A DNA stretch of 64,000 nt, taken from assembly GCF_001194135.2 (NCBI RefSeq), contig NC_068983.1, positions 66,581,634 to 66,645,633 on the forward strand. Reading direction: 5' to 3'. The position numbers and the translations under genes are program-made. Below, in pieces: positions 1 to 12,807 of the stretch. Under the pieces are notes generated by a model that was not told the DNA's origin, searched no databases, and saw only the letters and a program-made list of their open reading frames with translations. Position 1 is the stretch's first letter; the number at the start of each line of letters is the position of its first letter. The DNA comes from Octopus bimaculoides (lineage: Eukaryota).

Positions 1-714
1 TCTTTGATATCACTAATCTTTCTCACTATCTGGAACAATTTCACTTAATACCCCATACCTCAATTTTAATAATGTCTTCCACCCACATTTTACAATGCCC
101 CATCCCATCTATCAAGTCATTTAACCTTTTCCATCATTATACATCTCTCCATGCTTTATGTCTACCTCTCCTCATTTGCTGTCATAGCCTATGCAACAAC
201 TCATAATCTCCTTCTCACCCTTTCCTATCTTCTCTTTCATCATCACTATGCTGCCATACTTCACTCCATTCATCATTGATTGTTCCTCATCCACCATTCA
301 CTACATCCACCCCTCAACCATATCCAATTTCTACAGTAGTAAATTCTTCCCTTCCTCTTCTATTTATCTTTCACTGAATACTTGTTCTGCATTCATTATG
401 TTCACATACATCCCTCACCCATCTCCTCTCTCCCATACATTCTTACAACATTTATACACCCACACTTCTGGTTCTTTTGCCCTCAATCACTTTTACTCAC
501 CTTGTGCCTTGACAGTCCACACAGACACCTCATATCCACTAATTTAATCTCTTCCTTGATTCACTCCAATCGCTCCCACCTTCCCTTCTAAAACGTGAGA
601 AACTGTGTAGCTCCTCTACAGTAAGAAACCTATTTTGCTCTAGCTCTTCTCTCCTACTTTCTAGCATGAAGCTATCTCTCTTGGATTTCATAGTCTTGTG
701 GGCTGCATGGAAAT

Positions 715-895
715 CTCACTAGTGCTGGTGGCATGACAAAAGAATCCAATATACACTGTAAAGTGGTTGGCATTAGGAAGAGCATCCAGTCATAGAAAGA
801 ATGCCAAAGTAAACAGTGGAACATGATGCGGTCCTTGGACCTGTTAGTTACTGTCAAACCAACCAGTTAAACAGACATTTGCTGCTGCTGATGAT
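715..895 (+). mobile_element. Diverged 3' tail of the RTE LINE / RTE-tailed SINE family
   Basis: Contains gtggttggcattaggaagagcatccag, as in the RTE tails at 3040-3190 and 10510-10680, and ends in gctgctgctgatgat. Confidence 0.6.
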
Positions 896-1039
896 TTCCC
901 ATTACATTTTTCACATAGGTTTTGTATACTTTTACTGTGCAGCTATCCTTACTGGAGACCTTCAAATTATCTTGCAATAGAGTTAATGTAATCTCATTGG
1001 ACTGCAATAATAAATTGACACTACTCATTTAAAGAAACA

Positions 1040-1330
1040 AACTTCATAGCCCTTCTATTAGTGATTCCAGCTTCATACCTCATAATTAATAAATAGCACA
1101 AAAGTTAAGCATAAGAACTTCTGACAATGCTAAAAGGATTATGCAAAGGGTGAATTTCCTCTTTAACGTTAGACACTACTTTTAACCTAAATGTCTGCTG
1201 ATCCTTTGAATGTTACAAACACACCCTATATCAGAATATTATTCATGCAGCTGAGCTAGAGGATCCACCAAGCATTCATGTAAATGCATTTTGGAAAAGG
1301 CCTTCCTAACTGTTTACCTATTTCTTGAAC
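1040..1330 (+). mobile_element. Old L2/CR1-group LINE relic, RT C-terminal region
   Basis: Manual translation gives AKRIMQRVNFLFNVRHYF*PKCLLIL*MLQTHPISEYYSC, which resembles the 'LGFLFR...LLTLYKAQIRP.LEYCS' region of L2/CR1-group RTs. Confidence 0.5.
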
Positions 1331-2557
1331 ATGTTACTGTAACTGATGATTTTGTCTCACTTGTCAGTTATAAAATCTTTTACATAAATCATGTTTTCCT
1401 CCTTAGTACTTGAAATTCCTAACACTTGGAGGGCATTAACATGTTATGGATGTTTATTGCATGGTTCAGATGCTTAACAACTGACTTCATTATCATAAAT
1501 ATAGATCTAGCAATTGTTTTACATTGTGCCCTTATATAAAACAACTGATTCTTTTTGTGCTAATTTATCTGACTGAACAGAAAAAAAGCCTCATCATATA
1601 TAGGTGGAGTAGTATGTCTAGTTTGCAAAACAATTATTCCAAGTCTTATCTGTGTAATTATGAAAAAATGGATGGGATACAGTGGAAAAAAAGAAAAAAA
1701 AAAGACAAGTTTTATCTCACATTATGAAATAAAGATAAGCAAATTATTTTTACATTAAGTTCAAAGACAATTGTATTTTTCTCAGATTTGATACAAAAAC
1801 TGTCATTTTACATAAAAAGAAAGTTACCGGAATTCATATTTTATTCCTCTATTTTTGGAGGATACCTTTCCTCTGTGTACTATTATTCTGTTCTAGCACA
1901 GCCCTTTTGTCAATATTTAATTTCTCTGAAGTTGACAAAATATCTGATAGAGGTAATGTGATAGCAGCTAATATATGCAGGAGTGCTTGCACCATACAAG
2001 GAGTGCTTGTTTGCTACATGATAAATAAACAATTGTTTGTGAGTGAAAAATTACTTTTGCTGACAGTGGGAGGTGCCATGTCCTATCAAGGAAGGGAGGG
2101 GAAGTTAGATCTCATGACATTGTTTCTCATTGACAAGGTAACTTAAATGAGTTTGCAAGTTTGCAGCATGCTGCACTGGAACTCTTCTAACAAATGCCAT
2201 CTTAAAACAGATTTTGAAATGGTGATAAAGATGGTGATATATATATCATTTTAGTAAATTTGTATGCAAATATATATAAATCTTTTCCATTTTTATTTTT
2301 ATTTAATATTAACCACATGTTTTCTATTCTTCAACATGTGATAATGAAAGCTATATTTTTCTTAATTTTAAACATTGTTTAGATTTCAATTGCAATTTGA
2401 AATGATAGATGTTTATTTTTTAAACAACTTTTAAATATCTATTATGTAAACATGTGTACAGGAGTTATATAAATAAATCCGTTTAAGTATTTTATGCATA
2501 TATATACGTATATATATATATATATATATAAATATATATATATATGTATATACACAC

Positions 2558-3190
2558 GACCTCCAAACATTGGGCCTCACCGAGGCAATGACTTCTGACC
2601 GAGATCTTTGGAGATATGCTGTGTGTGAGATGACCCGGCAAGCCAAGTGAGACCTAAATCCAAAGCCTCTGCTAGGATGCGTACCTTCCTACGTTGGACA
2701 CTAAGCTCCACTTGCGAAGACCTGTTGAGGCAAGTGAAATCGAACTAATTTTGATGGATGGCACCCATGCCAACGTTGTCTCCTTCGTTGGACACAGAAA
2801 CTTGGCTTGCAAAGACCTGCTGAGGCAAGCAAAAGCAAAATCGTGGTGGCACCTGTGCCCTGGCACTTGTGCCGGTGGGACGTGTATGGACATTTGAGCG
2901 AGATCATTGCCAGTGCCGCTGGACTGGCTCCCGTGCAGGTGGCACATAAAAGATACCATTTTGAGCGTGGCTATTGCCAGTACTGCCTGACTGGCCTTCG
3001 TGCCGGTGGCACGTAAAAGCACCCACTACACTCTCAGAGTGGTTGGTGTTAGGAAAGGCATCCAGGTGTAGAAACTCTGCCAAATCAGATTGGAGCCTGA
3101 TGTAACCACCTGGTTCACCAGTCCTCAGTCAAATCGTCCAACCCATGCTAGCATGGAAAGCGGACGTTAAACGATGATGATGATGATGAT
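2558..3190 (+). mobile_element. 5'-truncated RTE LINE (end of ORF plus 3' UTR)
   Basis: Homologous to 10035-10680 and 19450-20047; ends in gttaaac(gat)n. Confidence 0.9.
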
Positions 3191-3487
3191 ACATGCATAA
3201 TTCTTTTACATCCACATTTTCATATTCTCATTGGTTCTATGATGTTTGTTAAGGCATAGTTTTTTTACAGTTGAATGCTTTTCCTGTCACTAACCCTCAT
3301 CTGTTTTCACAAGGTGTTATATTTCCCCTGGTCTTTCAAACTTAAGAATCACAATAGCTGGACATGTTTCCAAGGAAGATTGTAAGCAAATGACATCTCT
3401 TCTATGATATTGACGTTTATTTACAATTAGCATGCAGTGTTGAGACAAGGAGATATTAACACACACACACATACACACGCACGTGTG

Positions 3488-3531
<44 letters not shown>

Positions 3532-4107
3532 GCTGCTAAGCTGAAGTGAAGACAGCATGTTCTTTGTCTATCTCCTTACCTTCTTGGAGGTTTTAGGTAA
3601 AATTATATTAATGTGTCCATCTCTTTTAATTTAATTTAATTCTATGCCTTTATGCAGCTGAGGAGTGGTCTGCATTTAAATTGATGTAATGATTGCATTG
3701 TTCAATTAAATTGAGTTGCTTGAAATGATCATACTGCATTACTTCTGGATATTCTTGTTGCTTATTTTGATTTTAATCACCATATTTTGAAATTGTATGG
3801 ATATATACTTATATTGGCTCGTCAGCTAAATTTGTTTCTTTTTTTTTCATTTATTTTAATCTTGTTTCATTAACAATTTTAACAAATCAGTCAATGATAT
3901 ATTTTTCTTCATTGTTCAAAACTTCTTCACATTCACTGAGTCTTGAATCCTATATTCAAATTTCAAAAATGAGAAGCAAGAGTTAGTTGTAGAGGAAGAA
4001 ATAGAGCTACAAAAAAACATAAAACACTGTGATAAAGATATTTTTTGCATTAATTTAAATAACATTGGAAAGAAATGAATGAATTTTTCTAACAACCCAA
4101 TACACGC

Positions 4108-4264
4108 ACACATACACACAGAGGGCTTCTTTCAGGTTACATCTACTAAGACATACAAGGTTTTGGGAAACCCATATCCACAGCAGGAGTTCTGTTGTGG
4201 GACTGAACCTGGAACCATATGATTATAAAGCTAACTTCTTAACTACATAAACATGCCTGTGCCT
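4108..4264 (-). mobile_element. tRNA-derived SINE 5' fragment
   Basis: The minus strand reads ggcacaggcatg...ggttccaggttcagtccca, a B-box-like head homologous to 59058-59123. Confidence 0.6.
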
Positions 4265-4673
4265 AAACACACAGCTATGACTGTGGAGATGTTTGTTGTA
4301 TAAATTTTTTATGTTCATATTAACTGACATGTTGAAATGTTTTGTATTGCATGGGACTTATACATAACAATATTGATTTTTATGATCAGACTGATTTGCT
4401 TTTCAATTTATTTATTTTTGTGTATTTGCTATTTTTATTTGTAAAAGAATTGCTGTTGTGTAATGGGGCTGAGGGACATTCAGATAAGTTCTTGATGAAT
4501 TGTTTATTTATAAAAGAGAAAATCATAGTTTATGACAATGATTACTCAGAGAAGTGGTTAAAACCCAGCAATTTCCATAAAGCCTTTTCTGTAGTCATAC
4601 CATAGGCTATTAAGCTATGTAGGGGAATCATGATGATGATCCAATCTCAGAAAGCATACATATATAATCCCCT

Positions 4674-4676
<3 letters not shown>

Positions 4677-4731
<55 letters not shown>
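4677..4731. repeat. (TC)n microsatellite
   Basis: Directly visible. Confidence 0.95.
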
Positions 4732-5235
4732 ACATGCATTCCTGCAATCTCTACCTGTCATATCTTTCCTTTTCTTTCTCTCTACATTTATTGGTATCTG
4801 TTTGATCTCATTTCACATGCCCTTCTGAACTATTCAGTATTGCCAGAGCAATGCTCACACTATCAGTCAACATGTATCCCGCTGTCACATTTCCTTTTTT
4901 CCCTTCTTACTTCTTTCCTTTGGGGCATAACTTTTCTTTTTCTATGGCTCACTATCTTTATGTCATGTTGTCTTTTTTGCCCTCCCTCCTTATTCTTCTC
5001 TCATAAGTCCTTTCTTTTCTTTTCTCTCTTCTGAACTTCATGTCATCTCTCACCAGATGTCATTCCTTGTCTTATTTTCTACCCAGTCCTTCTTACCATA
5101 TGATCCATCCTTCTTACCTGACTCTCCTCTGCTTCCTCCATCTTATCTCTCATCTTTATCCCTTCTAAGATTTCACTCTTTCATCTGCATATCCCTATTT
5201 TATCTGACTTTCTTCCATTTCCTTTATCCCATATC

Positions 5236-5236
<1 letters not shown>

Positions 5237-5284
<48 letters not shown>
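5237..5284. repeat. (TC)n microsatellite
   Basis: Directly visible. Confidence 0.95.
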
Positions 5285-5287
<3 letters not shown>

Positions 5288-5865
5288 TTATTTTTCCCTT
5301 CAGTCCTAACCTCTTCTGGTTTCTTATCATTTTCAGCACATTTCTTGTCTCTAACTCCGATACTACTTAATATTCTATAGCTGTAACCTAACACTGTAAG
5401 ATGTAACTGGAAATCTACATGGAAAAGAGGTTGGCTTCCTATCACAACTTGTAGTAACAACAGCTTTTCTAAGGGAATAGCTTCTCTAAATAGACACTGG
5501 GAGTTTGGTGATACACTTGAGTCCAAGTGAACAACTCCTCAAGTGACTGGAGATAAAAAGAGCATCCAATCTCTAAAACATTATCAAAATAATCAACGAC
5601 TACATGAATGAAAGATAGAAAATGTTAAATAAACACTGTATTAGTTTAATGCATAAAATTAAGAGTTTTCACGTTTTGTATGTGTATCCTTCATCAGATG
5701 AAAGAGAAAAACATAAAGAGAGTGAGAGAAAGGGTAAAAATGTAAACTATTGAAGTTGACAGTTATATTGTCAAAAAGGGAGAGAAAAACAAGGGTGAGA
5801 GATTAGGATCCAAGTGGGAATGTAGATCTGTGATTATGTGTGTAAGTATACACACATACACACCC

Positions 5866-5985
<120 letters not shown>

Positions 5986-5998
5986 ATATATGCATTTA

Positions 5999-6890
5999 TT
6001 CAGGCTGCGGTGAATAAATTGTCATCTAAATTAGGCAAAAATGAAACTAACACTGACATCTCATTTTAATATACATATTTACCAAAATTACATAAAATAT
6101 TCTGAAATATTAAAGAATAAATTTATTCAATAAAATCGCCATTGGCTTCAAACACAGCCTCCAGATGACTTCAGAATCTCCTGCAATTCTTCTGGATGGT
6201 CACCTTGTTTAAGTTGGTGAATACTGCAATAGTCCTTGCCTTCAGTTCATCTTTGGTATTACAAGGAGTTTTGTTGGTCTCTCACTCAACTGTGCCCCAC
6301 ACATAATAATCAAGGGGGTGGCCAAATGTTAGGGGTGATGTGGTCATAGAAATTGTCTGACAGCCATGACTGGGTCCTCCTGCTTGTGTGGCATGGTGCA
6401 GAGTCCTGTTGCCAGGCATAGGGTTTTCCAGTAGCCACTCTCTTGACCCAAGCAGTACTACCTCCTCCAAGCACTTGATGTAGGCCTCTGTGTTGAGTGT
6501 GAGGTCGTGTGGGAAGATGAATGGAGGCATAACGTCACCATCACTAGTGATCACTCCAAGCAACATGATGTTGACTGGATATTTGATTTTTATCACTCTT
6601 GGTACATGTTTTGGGGACACAGCAAGCCAGTGGTTGGTCTAACGTATGCTTATTGTCCAATCTCCATATGCTGCATTAATATTCCTTGCACTTTCCATTG
6701 CATTGTTGCCTTTATTGAATTCATAACACAAAATATGTCGAATATGCTCCTTTGTCATTTCCATAATAGCTTTGATAAAATAACTGTTAAAATCGAACTA
6801 CACTCTTCAAAACTTACACTAAAAATAAGTACAAGGTAAAATTACTGCCTGCTTTCATAGCAAGATGATGCAGGTAGTTTACCCTGTCCC
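5999..6890 (-). mobile_element. Defective maT (DD37D-type) Tc1/mariner-superfamily transposon
   Basis: ORF 6282-6620 reads VNIMLLGVITSDGDVMPPFIFP...NTEAYIKCLEEVV...PLDYYVWGTVE, which is maT-like. It carries frameshifts and a deletion before PLDYY. The left end caggctgcggtgaataaattgtc resembles a TIR; the right boundary is uncertain. Confidence 0.8.
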
Positions 6891-6943
6891 CCTCTGACTT
6901 TTAGTTCATGCAATTTAAAAAATCACATTATTTATGGGATAAC

Positions 6944-6986
<43 letters not shown>

Positions 6987-7048
6987 AGTAAGAAAATGGA
7001 GATATAGCATTTAATAAGAATTTATTATCTGCGAAAATCAAACATAGG

Positions 7049-7420
7049 CCCTTACAGCTGTTTCAATTAAACCAAAAAGATTAAATAGAAATTATTAAAA
7101 TCATTTTATTACACAAAATCATTTCAGAGGGGTAGAAAAAAGATATAACATTAGGTTTTTTTATGTGTTGTCTTTTAAAATCATCACAGCAGATTGAGTA
7201 TTATTCTATACTTATTATTGGTATATGCCCAAGTTAGGGGGTTATAGGTCTTGTTAGTAGGTAATGGATAATTTGTGAATATAATTAGGATAATAATGGG
7301 TAAATAGAGGTTGAATAGTAAATTACAGTGAAGAAAAGTATCATATGAATGAGGAGATAAAATTAGTACTTTGTTATGTTGTTTATAGAATTGAGAGAAA
7401 CTTATATAAAAAGAATACAT
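7049..7420 (-). mobile_element. Probable PLE terminal-repeat (pLTR) fragment ending in a degenerate hammerhead-like motif
   Basis: The minus strand reads CCCT-CTGAAATG...GAAACAGCTGTA-AGGG. The AT-rich body resembles the region downstream of the PLE at 55780-57570. Confidence 0.45.
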
Positions 7421-7429
7421 AAACATACA

Positions 7430-7503
7430 TTAACACTGGTCGAAAACATTTGTCTTTTAATTTAGTGCATATACATATATATACATACACAAATAAATGC
7501 ATC

Positions 7504-7560
<57 letters not shown>

Positions 7561-7867
7561 ACATGCACACAAGCACACACATATACACATACACAAGCAA
7601 TAAATACAAATAGGTATGCACATATGCACACATACATGGAGATACATGTATGTGTACCAATTCCCGATGATACTATCCCTTAATGTGGCTAATTTAACCT
7701 CTAATTAAAGATATATATATATATATATGTGCATGTGTGTATACATGTATATGTATATATAGGTGTATATATGTATATATCTATGTATGTAAATATATAT
7801 GTGTATATATGCATATATATATATTTGTGAATATATGTGTATATATGTATATATGTGAGTATATGTG
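7430..7867. repeat. Compound (TA)n/(TG)n/(CA)n low-complexity tract
   Basis: Directly visible; it explains the YI/VC repeat ORFs. Confidence 0.9.
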
Positions 7868-10680
7868 TATTGCCAGGAAACAGGACAGATGGCTACTTAT
7901 AAATGCCAAAACCTTCCCAGGTGAAGAATGCACCCCACAACATAGATTAGTAATTAGCGACTTCAGGATCAGAGCTAAATGGATGCCCAGAAGACGACCA
8001 GCATGAAGAAGAAGGGTCTGGAAGCTTAAGGATCCTGCGAATGGACAGAGATTTGGAGATGCATCACTTGAAGCTTTTGACAAAATAGAGGGGGATATAG
8101 TCTTACATGATGTGGAAGACAACTAAAAGTTTCTATGGGACAACCTGTTGAGGGCTACTGAGCAGATCTATGGCTGGTGCAAAGTCCCCTCTCGACCCAT
8201 GGTAACTTGGTAGTCGAACAATGTAGTTGAAAGGGCCATTAAAGAAAAGAAACAGGCATGGAAGGACTGGAAGAACGGTAGTAGCAGGGAATCATATCAG
8301 ATTGCCAGAAGGGAAGCTAGAAGACAGGTTTACTTAGCCAGAGGGGAAGCAGATAAGAAAAAATTTGCCAATGTTCTGCATCATGAGAGAGAATCATGAT
8401 GTCATAGGAGAGAAATGTGTCCACATGGATGATGACCCACTTAATGAGGAAGCAAAGGGAGAAACCTGGAGATGCCATTATGAAAGGTTGCTAAATGAAG
8501 AGAATGAATGGGAGAATGAGAGACTGCTGAATGTCAACCCAACAGAGGGACCAGATATCTGAATTGACAGTACTTTGGTAGATAAAGAAATTAAGGGTAT
8601 GAAGACAGGGAAAGCCCCCAGCCCATCAGAAATCGCTGCAGAGATGCTCAAAATATCTGGTGATGTCAGCTATATTCTAGTCACCCATATAGTTAACACG
8701 AAGGAGTCATACCCAATGACTGGTGCAGCAGCACCATAGTCAACTGCTACTAAGGTAAAGGTGATGCATTAGATACGAGTAATTAAAGAGGTATCAAGTA
8801 ATGAAAGTCACGGAGAGTGTTGTAGCCCAACCAATTAGGGAGAAAGTCAGTCTAGACGAAATGCAGCTGGTAAGACAGCTGGAGGAGAAATACCTAGCCA
8901 AAGATGATCCTCTGTACTTGGCTTTTGTTGACATGGAGAAAGCCTTTGACAAGGTTCCCCAATCCCTTATCTGGTGGTCAATGCAGAAACTAGGAATAGA
9001 TAAGTGGTTAGTGAGAACTGTACAAGCCATGCACAGGGATGCTGTCAGTAAGGTGAGGGTTGGCAATGAGTACATGGAAAAATTCTGGGTAGGAGTAGGG
9101 GGTCCACCAATGGTTAATCCTCAGCCCCCTCTTATTCATCATAGTTCTTCAGGCAATAACAGAGGAATTCAAGACAGGATGCCCCTAGGAGCTTCCCTAT
9201 GCTGATAACCTTGCTCTAATAGCTGAATCACTATCAGAAATGGAGGAGGTGTGGAAGCAAATTCTAGAACTGAAGGGCCTTAGAGTCAATCTAGCAAAAA
9301 CCAAAGTCTTAATAAGTAGGAAGGCAGACAAACCACAAATCCCTTCAGGTAGATGGCCCTGCTCGTTCTGTAGAAAAGGCGTAGGTAGAAACTCCATAAG
9401 ATGTACCCAGTGTAAGCTATGAACACATAAGGCTAACTGGAAAGATAGATTTTGTGTGTGGCAAATGCTCAAGGGCAATGAACATTGAAGATGGGCAGAA
9501 AACAGCCTCCATCACATTCCAGGAGGAAAAACTAGAAGTAGTTGATGTCTTCCGTTATATAGGTGACCAAATCAGTAGTGGGGACAGTTGCTCTGAGAGT
9601 GTAGCTGCTAGAATAAGAATAGCCTGGGCAAAGTTCAGAGAGCTCCTACCTCTGCTGGTGACAAAGGCCCTCGCTCAGAGTAAAAGGTACACTGTATGAT
9701 GCATGTGTGCAAACAGCCATGCTACATGGCAGTGAAACATGGGCTGTGACTGCTGAGGACATGCGTAAGCTTGCAAGGACTGAAGCTAGTATGCTCCGCT
9801 GGATGTGTAACGTCATTTGCATACACGACAGAGTGTAAGCACCCTGAGAGAGAATTTAGACATAAGAAGCATCAGATGTGATGTGGAAGAGAGACGACTG
9901 CACTGGTATAGTCATGTATTGCATATGGATGAGAGCAGCTGTGTGAAAAAGTGTCACACCCTAACACCCTAGCAGTAGAGGGAACTTGTGGAAGAGGTAG
10001 ACCCAAGAAGACCTGGGCTGAGGTGGTGAAGCATGACCTTCGAAAGTTTGGGCCTCCAAGGCAATGACAAGTAACTGAGGCCTTTGGAGATATGCTGTGC
10101 TTGAGAAAACCCAGCAAGTCAAGTGAGACCATAACTATGGCCTTTGCCAGAGCAGCATAACCAGCCCATTTAAGAGCACCCTTCAATCATTGGGCCAAAA
10201 ACTGCACTTGCGTAAACCTGTTGAGGCAAGTGACATCATTGTCGTGGCTGATGACAGTACCAGCTGATTGGCACCTGTGCTAATGAATGTAAAAAGCACC
10301 ATTCAAGCATGGTTGATGCCATTGCTAGCTGACTGGTACCGTGCCGGTGACACGTAAAAAGCACTATTCAAGCACTATTCGTTGCCAGTGCCGCCCGACT
10401 AGCCCCTGTGCCAGTGGCGCATAAAACATACCACTTGAGCATGGTTGATGCCAGTACTACTAGACTGGCCCACATGCTGGTGGCATATAAAAAGCACCCA
10501 CTAGACTCTCAGAGTGGTTGGCAATAGGAAGGGCATCCAACTGTAGAAACAATGCCAGATCGGATTGGAGATTGGTGCAGCCTTCTGGCTCGCCAGCCCT
10601 CAGTCAAACCATCCAATCCATGCCAGCATGGAAAGAGGACATCACACGATGACGACAACGATGATGATGATGATGATGAT
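7868..10680 (+). mobile_element. RTE-clade LINE, 5'-truncated and degenerate (end of endonuclease, RT, 3' UTR, (GAT)n tail)
   Basis: Frames read TFPGEECTPQHRLVISDFRI, YLAFVDMEKAFDKVP, LRVNLAKTKVL and RIRIAWAKFRELLPLLVTK. There are many stops and frameshifts, and the tail lies at about 10646-10680. Confidence 0.95.
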
Positions 10681-10850
10681 GTATATCAGGGATATATCTT
10701 CCAGATGTGCTAGGTGTGTGCTGTATGCCCATCAAAAATTACAAATTCATTATTGATATTAACTTTACTCATTAATTTAATCACAAAATTTGGAGGTGGT
10801 GTTGGGTGTGGCAGCACACCCAATACAACAACCACAATACACCACTGATG

Positions 10851-10881
<31 letters not shown>

Positions 10882-10960
10882 GCATGCATATATATGTATA
10901 CGTGCTTGTGTATATATTTGTATATATTTATTCATGTGTGTGTATATATATATGTGTGCG

Positions 10961-11001
<41 letters not shown>

Positions 11002-11334
11002 AAAATGTTAGTAGAGTTAGCAGTTGGAATAACCATCTAAGAGATAACAATATCCATTTTACTGCTGGTATAAATTACCTAAGCATATCATGCTCATAGG
11101 ATACAGGCAGTAACAAAAATAAACAATAGTTTATCGGGAATCAAATTTAAATTAAGCAGAAAATTGAGAAATCTTGATAAACTACAATCGATTACCATCA
11201 ATTATTATTTTTTGATACAAAACTTGATCCCATCTAACAGCCATTTCTGCTTCCAATGACCCACAATGTTGCCAAAGAAAATTCTGAGAATAATATTCAT
11301 CATATGTTATAACACATCTGATCTGGAACATGGA

Positions 11335-11878
11335 GCTTCATCAGAATGCAGCAAAATACTTAAAATAAAACAGGAGAGAGAGAGAGAGCAGAGGCACGGT
11401 CCATGGAACATGTTCTGGCAAGGGTGGTGCGGATGGCAAGGATGAAGTGGCGAGCCATGATTTGAGACTGAATCTCAAAGTCATGGTTGTCACTGCAGAG
11501 CCTGCACAGATAGAGGAATTGGGAGTAGGGGATGGAGAACTTGGTGTGGGTAGGGTGGAAGGAGGAGAAGTTGAGGTATGAGTGTGAGTCAGTGTGTGTG
11601 TAGTGTATGGATGTAGTGAGAGCGGAGTTGTGTATGTTGACAGAAATGTCGAGAAAGGAGAGAGTAGTGTTGGAAATAGTGCACGAGAATTCGAGGGCAG
11701 GATGGAAGGATTGGACAAAAGAGAAGATGGAGTCTAGTTGTTCATGGGAGAGTGAGGTCGGACCGATGCAGTCATCAATATAATGACCACCTATTTCAGG
11801 AGTGGGAACAGTGAATCTTGAAAATATTTGGGCCTCAATGTAGCCAATAAACAGGTTCGCATAGTTGGGGGCCCAACA
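11335..11878 (-). mobile_element. Penelope-like element RT fragment (Neptune-like)
   Basis: ORF 11360-11917 reads PNYANLFIGYIE...HYIDDCIG...FHPALEFS...LSFLDISV...TDSHSYL...SIPYSQFLYLCRLCS, matching PLE RT motifs 5-7 and thumb. The N-terminal YI run is microsatellite. The subclade assignment is from memory. Confidence 0.85.
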
Positions 11879-11929
11879 TATATATATATATATATATATA
11901 TACAAACAGACATACACACATATATAAAC

Positions 11930-12560
11930 ATCATCATCATCATCATCATCGTTTAACGTCCACTTTCCATGCTAGCATGGGTTGGACGATTTGAGTGAGG
12001 GCTGGCGAACCAGATGGCTGCACCAGGCTCCAATCTGATCTGGCAGAGTTTCTACAACTGGATGCCCTTCCTAATGCCAACCACTCCGAGTGTAGTGGGT
12101 GCTTTTACATGCCACCAGCACAAAGGCCAGTCAGGTGATACTGGCAATGGCCACACCCAAACGGTGTTTTTTACATGCCACACACAAATACTGTCTTCCC
12201 AGTTAGCCTTCCTTTGATATTGCTGCACTTTTATTTGTCCATAGCTTACACTGGGTACATCTTACGGAGGTTGTATGCATGCTTTTTCTACAGATATAGC
12301 AGTGCCATCCACCTGAAGGGATTTGTCTGCCTTCCTACTTTCTAAGACTTTGGTTTTTCCTAGATTGACTCTAAGGCCCTTCAATTCTAGACCTTGCTTC
12401 CACACCAGAAACTTTGCCCCTTCTGATAGTTACTCAGCTATTAGTGCAAGATCGTCAGCATAGAGGAACTCCCAGCAGCATTCTCTTTTGAATTCCTTTG
12501 TTATTACCTGGAGGACTATGATGAATAAGAGGGGACTGAGGACTGATCTTTGGTGGACCC
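11930..12560 (-). mobile_element. Internally deleted RTE copy (RT fragment fused to the 3' tail)
   Basis: 11930-12175 is the reverse complement of the RTE tail. 12180-12560 is the reverse complement of the RT segment seen at about 9100-9460. Confidence 0.9.
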
Positions 12561-12807
12561 CTATATATATATGTATGTATATGTGTGTGTGTGTGTGTGT
12601 TTATATATAAACTTTTAGATTATTTTTATATTTTTTATGCTTATATTTGAGAATACTGATAGTTTGAACTTTTGAATGTATTTTGTATGTGTTTGAGACC
12701 ACTAAGCATGAATGAAAAAATAGAATTATGTAACACCTGCTTCAGTTAAAAGCTTTGTGAATGAATTTGGAAGATAGAAACTGAAAGAAAACAGACATAT
12801 ATATATA

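Noticed and set aside
2069-2138. Exon-like segment (ttttgctgacag | GGAMSYQGREGKLDLMTLFLIDK | gtaact)
   Set aside because: The splice signals are plausible, but I recognise no protein and found no compatible partner exons; it needs RNA-seq.
3314-3381. Possible exon between ttttcacaag and gtaagc
   Set aside because: It is short, has two open frames and shows no recognisable homology.
5655-5705. Minus-strand CTGATGAAGGATACACATACAAAACGTG, a possible hammerhead remnant
   Set aside because: It lacks GAAA, helix II is incomplete and there is no valid NUH triplet, so it is too decayed to claim.
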